NCBI GenBank assembly: GCA_043228905.1
Contig: JBHGNT010000016.1
Location: 9,920,001 to 9,984,000 of the forward strand
DNA: 64,000 bases
Origin: Azolla caroliniana
Lineage: Eukaryota; Plantae; Polypodiophyta
Reading direction: 5' to 3'
Under the pieces are notes generated by a model. It saw only the letters and a list, made by a program, of their open reading frames with translations. It was not told the DNA's origin and made no database searches. Below, in pieces: positions 13,220-25,995 of this stretch. A program made the translations under genes and the position numbers. Each line of letters begins with the position of its first letter. The stretch's first letter is position 1.

Positions 13220-15544
13220 TCAGACCTGAGGTTCCTCTTCTTCGGCTGTGACCAGAATTGGTGTCTCGTTGGGTTCCTCGTTTGTGTGCGTGTTGCCGGT
13301 TTGTGTGATCTGGTGAAATAGCTCCTCCTGACTTTCACCAAAATCATCTAGGAGTTGTGCGAGTTCTTCGGAGTGTTGGTCTGCTAACGCGCGATAGTCT
13401 TGCGCTAGGTCCTCCCGTACGGTCGCAATGCTCTCCTCGTTTAGCTTATAAAACCCTCGGCCGTCTTTCCGCCGGTTCTCCCAGTCCGCACGATACGCAT
13501 GCAATTCCGCTGCTTGGGTTGCCCATGCCATCCATCCTTTGTCCAATGTCGTTTTCAATTGCGCTGTGAACCTTTCCCGGTTGGTTTGGAGAAGGATGCG
13601 CACGTTATCCGTGATGACCTGGCAGCGGTTGCGTGCGTCTTCCATCGACTTCTGGAGATTCACGATTTCCTGTTGTTTAACGGCTGCCGCTTCCTCATAC
13701 GTGGCCTTCAAGCCTGCCCACAACTGGGATTCCTTTTCATGCTGTTTTTCTAATTTCCCCATTTCATTGTTTAGGCGGATTTCGAGTTGATGCCTTCTGT
13801 CTTCTTGGACTACCAACTGTTCATCGAATCATACCTTCTTTTTCTCTAATAAGGCCCGAAGTCCCGCTATTGCCGCCTTTGATTTCTTCGCGTCCTCTCG
13901 TAATTGGGCGTTGTCGTCTTTTGTCCGGATGTGCTGAGCCACCTCCGTAGCTAGTTTCTCTTCAAGCGTTTTTACAGCCTTTCGTCCGTTAGCCCATATC
14001 TCCTTTTCTCTGTCGGAGGATTGGCGTAGCTCTGCCCGAAGACGGTCAATTTCGGATTCCGCTAGCTGCACGTCCCTTTTTGCTTTTGAGGCGATGGCGG
14101 TTTGAGCCTCGATTTCTTCTTTGAGAGCATCGATAACGTGGTTTGGTGGCGGGGTTTCGTGTTGCACTGTAGTCGTATGAGCTTCTAACTCCGCGATGCG
14201 TGCGTTGGCCTTTTGTAGTTCGGCTTCGGTCAGTTTAACCTTCTTCCAGACATTCTTATTTTTTATGGCCATCTCCTTGGCGCCCGTGCTGACCTTTGCT
14301 AGTTCCCGATGGACTTCGACTAGGGCCGTGTTTAAGGGTGGTATCTCCATCCCTACTCGCCGTACCCCAACGTTCCTCTGTTTGCCGACCCTGGCTAGCC
14401 AGTCCTCATCGTCACTCTCCGTTGTTTGTGTTAGGGCGTGCTCTATCATCTATCTATCCGCATGCTCCTCGGCCATGCGTTGGGCGGCTTTGACCTGTTG
14501 TGTTGCCAGGAACTCCATGAGCTCGAAAGAGGTACCGAATTGCAAGAGGGCGCTGAATTCGTGGGTCATATCCGGAATATCCGGATATGCCAAAACCTCG
14601 CTTTCCGCCGTCAATACGGCTTTCCCTTGCTGGGACTGAGTCGTAATAATCGGTCGCGGCTCTCGGATGATTTCGAAGGTGGTATTCGGCTCTGCTGTTG
14701 CAGGGCCTTTGCCTGTGGTCGGTGCCTCTAGATATGTGGGGGCGTTTTTTACCAACCCCCGCCCATCCTTTCTGTCCAATCTGCGTCGTTTGGGTCTAGG
14801 GCTTTCCCCCCGTGCTTCGGTGTCTGGTTCTGGGGCTGCCCCCATGGGGTGTCTCGGATGTTCCTCCTGCGTCGCCCGTGTATCCGGTTGGTCGGTAGGA
14901 GGTGTTGTCCTTGGGTCTGGTTGGGCCGGTTGGGGTTCCTCCTCCCACTCTGGGGCCGCTAACTCCGCTAACCTGCGTTTCGCGGAGCGGGGCGGGGCCA
15001 TGGGTTGGCTGGGTTGTGGTGCTGGTAGGCCTCGAGGTGGAAACAGTACCGTAAGGTATTGTTGGATGATTGGCCTGAGCTTTTTGCCTGCTTGGTACGC
15101 ATGCAAGCCTTCCCTTAACGTCGGCCCTGTGATGACCCCCCAGTCGACTGTACGCCCCTCAAAGGTGTCGATAATGATGCCCGCCTTCTGTTTAGGCATC
15201 CCATAAGCGTTGACATGGACGCAGCCTACTTCCAGTAGGAACTTGGCAACTTCACGGAAGAAGGGATCCGGAATCTGTTTTGTTCTATAGGCTTTGGCGG
15301 AGGATGAGTATGGGTCAAAATACCGCTGCAGCGCCTCTATAGGAGGTATTTCGAAATGTCTTTCGCCTAGTGAGGATACCTCTAACTTCTTCCGAATGGA
15401 AGAGTTTGTGACCGTGTCGACGTTAAGCCACCTGGCGATGTCCATTGCGTCCGGGTGCGGAGGTGCTTCTACGACCCGAATATAACCATCCAGGCGCTTC
15501 TCCACGAGCCATCGGCGTAGGGCAGTAGAGATGAAGATCGGCAT
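13220..15544 (-). pseudogene. Gypsy 3' extra ORF: conserved N-terminal domain, Pro-rich linker, long coiled coil
   Basis: Three same-frame ORFs (14450-15730, 13829-14449, 13220-13816) separated by stops; start assumed at MPIFISTALRRW. Confidence 0.7.
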
Positions 15545-15929
15545 CGCCAGAGTCGGTTCGTGGAGGGGTGACGGGTAGCAGTGGTGAGTTGGAGCTTTGA
15601 GATGTGATGGGGAAGGAGGTGAGGAGGAGCGATGGGAGCGCTGATAGCTAGACGTTGTGTTTCTGCTTTGTGTAGAAAACCTTCTATTTCCTTCTTTTTG
15701 TGGCTTAGGGTTCATTGGGCGGTGAGCCATCGTGGTGCCGCGTGTTCTTGAACTAGGAGTTTGTGCATGCCTTTAGTCGTTTTAATAGTCGCTATCTTCT
15801 CTTCTTCTTCTTTTTTCTTTTTTTTTTTCTTTTTTTCCTAACGGTTAGTTACCCCCTATTTTTACATTATAGTACAATTGGGCCTGTCCCTTTTACGATG
15901 CGGGTTCTCCGGCTTTGTCCCGTTCGGCG

Positions 15930-18900
15930 GTGAATGGGTTAGGTGGTGTAGGGCCCAGGTAAGGTTTGAGCCGAAAACCATTCACTTTTTGCCGTACTAT
16001 TTCTCCAGCCAGTGTTCCTAGTTGGAACGTGCCCTATTCTGCTCCAATTATCTAGTATGGGCCAGTCCAGTGGAAACGTAGCTTACCGGGCATTTGGCCC
16101 ATGTGCGTTTGAAAAACTAGCACCGCTCGGCCCACGGCGAACTCCTTTTCCCTTGCGCTCCGATGTCGATCGACAAATGCTTTATGCCGTCGCTGTTCTT
16201 CTTCCAACACAGCCATGCTATGGACGCGTTTCTCCCCTAGTTCGAGGAGTTGGTAGAGCCGTTCCTCCTTTGACTTGGCTTCTGATAATCGGTTCCGTAT
16301 CTGAATGCGCAAACTAGGTACCCGAAATTCGACCGGCATTACCGCTTCTAGTCCAAACGCTAGCCGGAACGGTGTTTACTGTATGCTTGTTTTGTAACTA
16401 GTTCTGTACACCCATAACGCACTCTGGAGTTTGGTATCCCAATCTGTTCTGTTTTCATTGACTGTTTTCTTTAAAATGGTCTGTAAAGTTTTGTTCGTGG
16501 ATTCTGCTAATCCATTCGCCTGCGGGTAGTATGGCGTGCTTTTCTTGTGGACGACTGCGTAATGTTGTGTTAGTTCCTGAACCACCGTATTGAGGAAGTG
16601 GCTCCCCTGGTCACTGATGAGCTCAATCAGGCAGCCGAACCGGCACCAGATGTGCTCGTACAGAAATTTGGTTGTGACGGTCGCCATATTTTCCCATAGT
16701 GCCTTTGCTTCTACCCATTTGGTACAGTAATCTGTGGCTACCAATATGTATTTGTTGCCCGTACGGGATGCTGCTGGTGTGAAGGGCCCCACAAAATCCA
16801 ATCCCCACTTTTGGAAGGGGTCTAGTGGTAATACGGGCTGGTGTGGCATCCTTGTGTCCTCCGCGGGTTGACCCATCCGCTAGCACAAATCACACTTTCT
16901 ACAATACTCGGATGCGTCCTTCTGCATTGTTGGCCACCATAAGCCCGGCTGCCATACTTTGCGGGTTGTCACGTTGCCTGCGTAATGGGCGCCGGCCGTG
17001 CCGCAGTGTGCCTCCCGTAAAACTGCTTCTCTTTCATCCTGACGGACTCCACGTCGCCAAATGCCGTCACTTTGTGATATAAATACCCTTCGACCAGGCA
17101 GAAGTGACGGCTTCGGACAGCTAGTCGTTTCTTCTCGTCTGTGCGTAATTGTGGTGGAGGTAGTCCTGTAGTCAAAAAGTACGTCATTTCCATAAGCCAT
17201 CGATCCGGAAAGGTGGATTCCGTTTTTTCTGCAAATGTCGCTACTCGCCAGATGTCGGCGTCCGGAAAATCGTCGTCTTCTTTCTGTACTATTTCTCCAT
17301 TCTCAAGTCTGCTCAAAAAATCCGCCACTGCGTGTTGCGTCCCTGGCCGGTGCTGAATTACGAACTCGAATTCCTGGAGCAGTAGCATCCACCGCGCCAA
17401 TTTCCCTGTTAGGGCTTGTTTCTCTACCAAATACAATAATGCCGAATGATCCACGTGGAACGTGAAATTCCGTCCTAGTAAATAATGTCGGAATTTATCG
17501 ATGCTATAGATCATCCCTAGCGCCTCCCGCTCTGTTGTGGAATAGTTACGCTCTGCTGTTGATAATTTACGACTTGTGTAGTATATTGGCCTGTACCAGT
17601 TTGGTTTGGTGAGTTGCATTAGCGCGCTTCCTATTGCTGTGTCTGAGGCGTCGACGAACACGTGAAATGGTTTCGCCCAAACTGGAGGTTGTACTATGGG
17701 GGCTTGTGTGAGCATTATCTTAAGTGCCTCATAGGCCTTATCCTCTATTGCAGTCCATTGGAAAGGAGTCCGATGTACGACAGCGTGTAGTGGCGTGGCG
17801 AAGTCCGCCAAATACCGTATCATCCAACTATGCCACCGTATTTGGCCTAAAAACCGGCTAAGTGCTTTGGCATTTGTTGGAGTTTTAGCTTGCGTAATAG
17901 CGGAGATCTTGTTTGGGTCGACCGCTATTCCTTGCTGACTATGCGGCCTAGGAGAGTCCTGCTGGTCACGCTGAAGGCGCATTTTCGCGGGATTCAGGCT
18001 TAAGCGTGTGGTGCGGCAACGTTCCAAGCAGAGACATAAGTGCGAGAAATGGTCTTTTGTTCGCCCATATACCGCAAAATCGTCTAAAAAGACTTGCATG
18101 AACGCCGGAATGTATTCCCCAAAGATCTCCGTAATCGTTCGTTGGAATGTTGCCGGTGCTGTCTTTAACCCGAACATCATGACGACCGCCACATATACTC
18201 CCCAGTCCGTGACAAATGTCGTCTTCTCCTGGTCGTCGGGGTGCATGCGTACTTGGTTATAGCCACTGAAGCCATCTAAGAAACTGTACATCTCATGACC
18301 TGCGACGGCGTCTAGCACGCTATCCGTGAGGGGTAAGGGAAATGCATCCGTAATGGTTACGATGTTTAATTTCTGGTAATCCACGCATACCCGTATTTTG
18401 CTGTTTTTCTTTGGCACAACCACTATCGGGCTAAGCCATGTCGCTTGTTTTACTGGCCGTATGAACCCAGCCCTCAGCAGCTTGTCAATTTCTTCTTTCA
18501 TGCGGGTCGCGTAATTGGGGTTCATGCGGTAGCGACGCTGCTGGACAGGTTTCACGTCCGTTGCTAAATTGATCTTATGCTGATGGAACTTGGGATCTAA
18601 CCCCTTCATGTCCTCATGAGCCCACGCGAACACATCTTTATATTCCGTGAGTAGTGCGATCATTGTGGTTCTCTGGTCCGGCCTCAATTCCTTTGCTATG
18701 GAGAGGAATCGGGGTTCCGATCCCGTACCCACATTCACTTCATCGAGAGCGGAAGCGGTGACCCGTCGTCATTGATGCCTGAGCCGCCGTCGATTACACA
18801 TCCAGGGACTTCCTGTCCGTGCAGTATTACTGTAATGGCCGGGTTGTGCTGATCTACCACTGGTGGTCCCTCGCTGACGTCAGTCAGGTTTGTGGCAACG
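15930..18900 (-). pseudogene. Gypsy pol (PR remnant, RT, RNase H, integrase), disrupted
   Basis: CVIDGGSG, RVCVDY, FLDD, VFVDAS, ERNYSTTEREAL, KWGLDFVGP, ISDQGSHF, NGLAE, WTGPY; no chromodomain. Confidence 0.93.
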
Positions 18901-19406
18901 CTCGCCCCGGTCATGGCCGCCACCTGTGCTTCCATGGTCTGGCTGAAGCGTGTAACTAGTTGTAGCAGTTTTTCCATGATTAGCATAATCTCACAACCTG
19001 TTAACACATGCCAAATGGGGTCTGGCCCCGGTTTTTCATTCTCTGTTCGCTTCATTGCATTCGCGGACTCTTGCCTCATATGTTCCGTATTGGTCACGTT
19101 TGCTTTTTCCACCCAGGCTTGGGCTTGTCGTCGTACCTCCTCCTGCACAGCCCAATGCGCCGTTTTCGTTTGCTAGCGTGTCGTGACTTGTTGCACCTCC
19201 GCCATAATCGTGTTGACGGTGGGCCCCTTTCCCTTGTGTGCTGGGCATTGTGTGGCATAATGTCTGGGTTGCGGACAAATAAAATAGTGGATGCTTGATT
19301 CTCCCTTCTCAGCCCTAGGTGGAGTGTGCCGTTCTTCGGGTGCTACTTGCTCTTCGCGGTCCGGCCTCGTTTGTCAGGACGTACGTGGTGGCTGCTGTTG
19401 ATCCCA

Positions 19407-20680
19407 TCATTGTTCCTGGTGCCGCTCATCCCCCGAGCTTTCGTCGTAACGCCAGTGATCCCTATATTGTCGAGGCTTACCTCGATAGCGATTGAAGCCG
19501 CCCCGTTTATTCATCGGGCGTTGATGTTCGTATCGCCGACCTCCTTTGGCGTAACTCGGATGGCCACGATAATCCTCGTCCTCCGGGTCCTCCTCCTCGG
19601 ACTCGTTGTGATTCCGGCGATTCCGGTTGTACCTGTCCTCCCGCGGGTTGCGATCCTTATACCGGGGTCCGTCTTCTTGCCTCCTTTGTTCCACCCGATG
19701 TGGTTGTCGCTGTGTGTCCATGCTGCAGGCCGCGGGCGTGGCTCTATTTAACATATTGTACTCGCATTGGTCGACTATGTGAACCTTCGAGTGGCAGATT
19801 GGGCAGTGGATTCGCATATTGCACTCCACTGCGGAATGCCCCGAGTTCAAGCAAATCGTGCACTGGATTGCCCGACGAAATTGGCGTTCCTCATCCTGAG
19901 GTAACGCTTGTCGTAAGGATGACATCGAAAACCTCTCCTCCTCGTCATCCAACTCGAGTTGTAACGCTCGTTCAATCACCATATCCGCCGTTTCCCCTTT
20001 CACGCTATTGCTGTTGAGCGTTGCCCTGATGGGCCGGCGTAAAGCTGCCTGAAATGTCTCCCGTGCCTCCTCCTCCGTAGGGCTTCGATCCAGTTTCCGT
20101 CGTAAATTTTGGAGCCATAAGCTGAAGTCTGCTATTGTCTCGGTCGGTAGTTGCTTAATTGTATAAAACTGCCCGAGAATCTCGCGTTGTGGAACCCTCC
20201 GGTGGAAAAAACACAAGAAGGCGGACTGGAGCTGATCGAAGGTTGTTATGCCCGGTAAATCCATCTGTGAATGCCAGAACGCCGCACGCCCATCTAATGT
20301 TAATCTGAACTCCGTCATTTTCGACTGGTGTGCCACCATCTCGGAAAGGTTCTGTGCCATGTGGTTCGCATTCCAAACGTTCAAGAACATGCGAATATGA
20401 GTTGCGGCATCGGTTTCGCCGTTAAAGCGGGGGTAGGCTAAGGCCATCGTGGGAGCTACGGCGGATTGGAGAAGGTCACCGGGAGGCTGCGGTAAGCGTG
20501 GTCCCCTCGCCTCGTCGAGGTATTTGGGGAGCAAGGAATCCTCTTTGCACTCCTGGCAGGTATTACTAGGGTCGCCGATGCGCGGCTTTTGCCGAGCGCG
20601 TTCTTCTGCCTGGCGTGTGACGGACCTTGTTATTGGCCAGTCTTGTCTTGTTGGTTCTCTGAGTCGTCTGCGGCTAAACA
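19407..20680 (-). CDS. Gypsy gag with zinc knuckles
   Basis: Retrotransposon gag-like core (FYTIKQ..ETIADF); CTICLNSGHSAVEC and CPICHSKVHIVDQC; start codon uncertain. Confidence 0.75.
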
Positions 20681-20717
20681 TGCATTCGTTGTTGCTCGTC
20701 TGTGAGGAAACACAGAT

Positions 20718-20731
20718 CACCAAGCGTGCCA
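20718..20731 (-). promoter_or_regulatory. Canonical PBS (tRNA-Arg type)
   Basis: Minus strand: LTR-CA, CTTT, then TGGCACGCTTGGTG. Confidence 0.75.
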
Positions 20732-20735
20732 AAAG

Positions 20736-21177
20736 TGTTGCCTCTTAGGAAACACGGTCCGTGGTCAGTCCTTCGACCTAGACCCCAAGGTGGGTGTGGA
20801 ACAACAAACAGAGCTTAATCGTACTATGTAAGGAGAGAACCTCTGTGATTCCTCCGTGTGTAAGGGAAGACGGCTACAACCGACTCCTTATCACAGGTTG
20901 CGCCTACGTACTACTACGATTACGTATCTGAGACACTGACACTGAATTAGCCGTAGCTATACACAAAAACTCAAAGAAGATAGTATTCTATTATCAGGCG
21001 TTCTTTTACATTTCCCAAATTTTACACGCACCTCCTTAAGAGGTTTTCTGCCCTTTATATATGTAGGGTCTAATTAGCCGTTCACGCTTCCCCGCGTGAA
21101 CCGTTACATACGTTACGCTTTATATAGTTTCTTATTCCTACGCTTTTGGCCGTCGGTTACTATTCCGGCGGACAACA
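20736..21177 (-). repeat. 5' LTR of Gypsy
   Basis: Direct repeat of 12296-12737. Confidence 0.95.
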
Positions 21178-21182
21178 CAGGT

Positions 21183-21638
21183 TACATCTTCACCTATGGT
21201 GGCGGTGCGATATCATGGAGGTCGAAACTTCAAGAGTGCACGACTTTTTCTACCACAGAAGCCTAGTACATAGCAGCACCGGAAGCAGCGAAGGATGCGA
21301 TCTGGTTGCATCGACTATCTACCGACTTCGGAGCTACAAAACGAATCAACCGACCAACGTCGACCATCTATTGCGACTCACAGAGCGTAATACACCTCAT
21401 CAACAATCTAGTCTACCATGCGAAGACAAAGCACATTGAGGTATGGTATCATCACATCCGGGAGCTCGTGAACGAGAAGAAGCTCGAAGTCCGAAAGATC
21501 GACACTGAGGTGAACATCGTCGATTGCCTGACGAAGCCACTCCCAAATCTATGTTGCGGAGCACTAAGGACGAAGATGGGACTACAACAAGAGACCGAGC
21601 AAAAGAGAGCCGAACGAGGAGTAGAAGGTAAGATCTGA
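21183..21638 (+). pseudogene. Copia RNase H (continuation after the Gypsy insertion)
   Basis: YIFTYGGGAISWRSKLQ, IYCDSQS, YHAKTKHIEV, IVDCLTKPL. Confidence 0.9.
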
Positions 21639-21952
21639 TCGATACACATACTACACCTCTACTGACTCGGTTGCATGCCGACCCGACTTGTAATATAAAC
21701 TTAGATCAATTTTGTAATCTAGGTTTATGGGGGAGATAATCGCAAACACTTGTACATGTAGGAAAGAGTAGTCCTTTTACAGGGGAGTTTGTTGGCATAA
21801 AAGGCCGACTCCTTCCAAATTGCATCCGTCCAAGTGTGAACTCGTCAATAAGTTAGGGCTTAGTATATAAGCGAACACCTAACGTTGTAAAGAGTGACGA
21901 AGAACTCATCCTCTGGTTCTACGTATTGTATCTGAGAGAGAGAGAGAGAGAG

Positions 21953-24077
21953 GGATCTTCTAATCAAGTCACCGTATTTAGTGATCACAAAAATCTTTCC
22001 TACTTCCAGAATGCTCGTGTATTAAATCGACGTCAAGCTCAGTGGGCCCACTTCCTCACTCGTTTTGACTTCAAAATTACATATCATCTTGGGAAGCAAC
22101 AAGGGAAGTCAGATGCGTTATCACGGTGCTCGTATCTAGCACCACGTCTCAATGAGTTAACATTCGATAATCAAAAGCAAGTAATCCTGGGACCGGCACG
22201 ACTGCAAGCAATGTGGGTTTTCAATACACCATTGGATTCCCACATTATTGATACCATGCGTGAAGACTTGAAGACAGACGCTTTTGCTCAAGTCATTTTA
22301 GCACAAATTGATCCCTCTCGGGCATCTTCTTCATAGTCACAACAACTAGGTACGGGCTATCGACAATTTGAATGTCATGATGGATTACTATTCCTTAAGA
22401 AACTCTTGTATGTTCCTAATAGTTCTTGTCACCTTCTAGTAGTCCAAAATTGTCATGACACATATACAACAGGGCATTTCGGTAGTACTAATACGTTGGA
22501 TTTAGTACAACGATCATTTTGGTGGCCTCATATGCGACGATTTGTCGAAGACTATGTTCGGGCATGTGATACATGTTGCAGAGCAAAGATGCCAAGACAT
22601 CATCCATATGGTTTATTGGAACCATTACAAATTCCAAGCAAGCCGTGGCAATCCATTTCTCTAGATTTCATCACAGATCTTCCAGTTTCAAAAGGATTCG
22701 ATGCAATCTTAACAGCAGTAGATCGATATACGAAAATGGCACATTTGTTGCCTTGTACTAAGGAAATCACTAGTGAAGAAACCGCCGAAACTATCATGCG
22801 TGAGGTATGTCGGCATCATGGCCTCCTTGATAGTATCATCCGCTACTATGAACCCCAATTCGTCTCGAAATTCTAGAAGCATCTCTTCAAGATGCTCAAG
22901 GTCACTTGTAACATCTGCTCCGGCTACCACCCACAAACAGATGGACAAGCAGAATGAACAAATCAAATGCTGGAACAATATCTTCGGTGTTTTCTAAGCT
23001 ATCAACTGTCATGAAGACAACATTTTGGTTATCAAGAATCGAACCCACGACTTCTTGGTCTATGTGTTGAACCCTTAACCATTGTAATAACATATATGTT
23101 GTGTGATTATAATAATTATGTTTCTAGTTATTACAAGATATTAGAATATTCTAGAACATTCTAGATTATAATAATTATGTTTCTAGTTATTACAAGATAT
23201 TAGAATATTCTAGAACATTCTAGAATATTCTAATATCTTGTAATAACTGGAAACATAATTATTATAATCACACAATATATATGTTATTACAATGGTTAAG
23301 GGTTCAACACATAGACCAAGAAGTCGTGGGTTCGATTCTTGATAACCAAAATGTTGTCTTCATGACATCAACAAGATGATTGGACAGATAATCTCCACTT
23401 TGCCGAATGTGCATATAATAACTCTGTCCACTCATCGACTAGGGTTACACCATTTTATGCTTATATAGACTATCATCCTCAGTGGTGTGTATTTGAAACT
23501 CCGGAGTTACCCACAAATCCTTGTGCAAAGGATCGTTTAGAGCGGCTACACAATATACAAGTAGACTTATCTACTAATTTACAACAAGCACAAAAAACAC
23601 AGAAGGATTATACGGATCGTCATTGGCTTCCATTCAGTTTTAACATTGGAGATGGGGTATGACTATTACGACGATACATCAAGACTACTCGCCCATGCGA
23701 TAAATTGGACTATCGACGATTAGGTCATTTCCGTATTATCGGAAAAATTAATGATGTCGCTTTTCGTCTCGATCTACCTCCACAACTACGGATACATCCG
23801 GTTTTTTATAATTCTCTTCTTGAACCATATCAAGACAACATTATTCCGAATGTATTACACCACCTCCACCCCCGGTCGAGTTTGAAGCAGGACTAGAGTA
23901 CGAAGTAGCTGCCATCTTCGATTCCAAGATTGTTCGCAACAAGCTCTACTATTTGGTTGATTGGCTAGGCTATGGTCCAAGCGAGTGTAATTGGGAACGA
24001 GTCGAGAATGTGATAAATGCTCAAGCTCTTGTCGAGGACTTTCATCGGCAATATCCCACCAACCCAGGTCCTCCACC
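21953..24077 (+). pseudogene. Old Tcn1-like RNase H end, integrase and chromodomain
   Basis: VFSDHKNL, GHFG, PWQSISLDFITDLP, LGHF, YYLVDWLGY; stops; interrupted at 23007-23367. Confidence 0.9.
23007..23367. mobile_element. Palindromic LTR-derived foldback element
   Basis: TGTCATG...CATGACA; 150-bp inverted arms (23007-23156, 23218-23367); TSD TCAAC; internal 59-bp tandem duplication. Confidence 0.9.
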
Positions 24078-25964
24078 AAACCCCTTGGGTAATTTCGCAT
24101 GCGCCAGCATACTCCGGACCCTCTCCATTATGGTCCGGTTCATCCTCTCGGCCAGCCCGTTCAGTTTCGGCGTCTTCGGCACAGTAAACTCGAGCCGGAT
24201 TCCCTTCGAGCGACAGTACTCCTCGAACTGCCCCCGGTATTCCCCTCCGTTATCCGCTCGTATCGCTTTCAGCTCCTTGCTGGATTCCCTTTCCACTCTC
24301 GCGTGGAGTTCTTTGAAGACGGACAATACTTGGTCCTTTGTCTTCAACGGTGCCGTCCACAGCTTCCGGCTATGGTCATCTATGAATGTTACGAAGTACT
24401 GGGCTCCGCCATGTGACTTCGTTTCTACCTGACACACATCAGTGTGTACCAACTCCAATGGTACACTACGTCTCGTCGGTGGCCTTGAGTGGAAGGAGGT
24501 TCGGTTCTGTTTACCGGCCAGGCAATCGGTGCACTTCTCCAGGTGCACATGCTTCACTGGAATAAGGTTGTCTTCTGCAAGCCTCTTCATCCCCTTCTCA
24601 CTCATGTGACACAGTCTCTTGTGCCACAGCTCACCGGCAGTATCGGCTGCCACGTTCAGCTCCTCCGGACATAGCCGGGAATTCATCAGGTACAGTGTGT
24701 TGACCTTCCGGGCCCGAGCCACTATCAGGCTCCCTTTGCTGAACTTCATGACACCGTTCCGGATGCTACCCGTGTAGCCTTCATCGTCTAGCCTCCCGGT
24801 CGAAATCAGGTTCAATCGGACCTCCGGAACGTGTCGTACATCCTTCAGCAGCATCTTGCATCCGGTTGATGTCATCAGCCACACGTCTCCTATGCCGGCA
24901 ATCCGACATGTGCCTTCATTTCCCATCCGGACACAGCCGTGCTCACCGGCTGTATAGGATGAGAAGTATTTCTTCTCCGGGGTCAGGTGGAACGACGCTC
25001 CGGAATCGACCACCCAGGTCATCTCTACACCGGCAAGGTTCAGCTCCCTCTCTTCGGTAATGAGCATTATCTCTTCTTCACTTGCCGCGAGTGCCGTCGT
25101 TCCTTTCCGGTCCTGCCCTCGCCGATCCGGACCTCTCCGGTCCGTGGCTCCCCGGTATGCACCGTTTCTCTCCGGTGACTTCTTCGAATCGGTGTCGTCG
25201 GCTCCGTTGTCCTTTCGGTAATGCCGACAATTCTTCCGGAAGTGCCCCGGCTTCCCACAGTAGAAGCATGTAGGTCTTCCGCTTGACTGCGACCGGGTCC
25301 CCGACTTCTCCCGTCTTTGCGGACTCCGGTTCCATTGTCTTCCCCGATCCGATTCGGTAAGCAGCATCTTCGGATCGGAAACCGGTTCTTTATCTCTCCG
25401 ACGCGCTTCTTCGTTCAAAATGCTTGTCTTTACCGTTTGTAGAGACAAGTTATCTTCGGTGCAGGAGGTGCTGAGAGTCACCACCAAGTTCTCCCAGCTT
25501 TCCGGCAATGTACACATCAGAATGATGGCTTGCATTGCATCCTCCAACGGGAACTTGATCGCCGCAAGCTGGTTCACGAATCCCATGAACGTGCTCACGT
25601 GTTCCACCATATTCTCGCCGTCCCGGTACTTGAGGTTCACTATCTTCCTCATCAGGGAGGTCCGGTTCAACGCATTCTTCCTCTCGTAGAGGCCCGACAG
25701 CTTCTTCCACATCTCATATGCGTTGGTGTCGTTCGCCACATGTTGCAGAACACTTACATCTACATATTGCCGGATCGTCGCTACGGCTTTCCGGTTCAGG
25801 AGCTTCCACTCCGACTCTATTACCCCCTTGGGTATCTCGGCATTGTCGATCGGTTCGTACAGGTCTCGGACGATGAGAAGGTCTTCCATCTTTATCTTCC
25901 AGTCGGCGTAGTTCTGTGAGTTCAACACCATCATGCCCGGAGGCCCACTACCACCGCCTTCCAT
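24078..25964 (-). pseudogene. Copia gag-PR-partial integrase (second, truncated copy)
   Basis: Open frame MEGGGSG...CFYCGKPGHFRKNC...WVVDSGASFH...RADNGGEY, ending abruptly at LPKGF. Confidence 0.92.
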
Positions 25965-25995
25965 TTTCTGTGTTACCGTCGCTCTGATACCACTT

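Larger units (their letters stand above)
12296..21177 (-). mobile_element. Full-length non-chromovirus Gypsy (Athila/Phygy/Selgy-like) with extra 3' ORF
   Basis: 442-bp LTRs TGTTG...CAACA; TSD CAGGT (12291-12295, 21178-21182) splitting the host Copia motif KSTSG|YIFT; gag, pol and extra ORFs on the minus strand. Confidence 0.95.
8613..21952 (+). mobile_element. Degenerate Tork/Tnt1-like Copia, interrupted by a Gypsy at 12296-21177
   Basis: PBS TGGTATCAGAG (tRNA-iMet type) 8647-8657; gag-PR-INT-RT-RH order; PPT ACAGGGGAGTT 21779-21789; truncated 3' LTR 21790-21952. Confidence 0.9.

Noticed and set aside
13220-15730. Retroviral env gene
   Set aside because: No signal peptide or transmembrane segment is visible; the protein is hydrophilic and coiled-coil.
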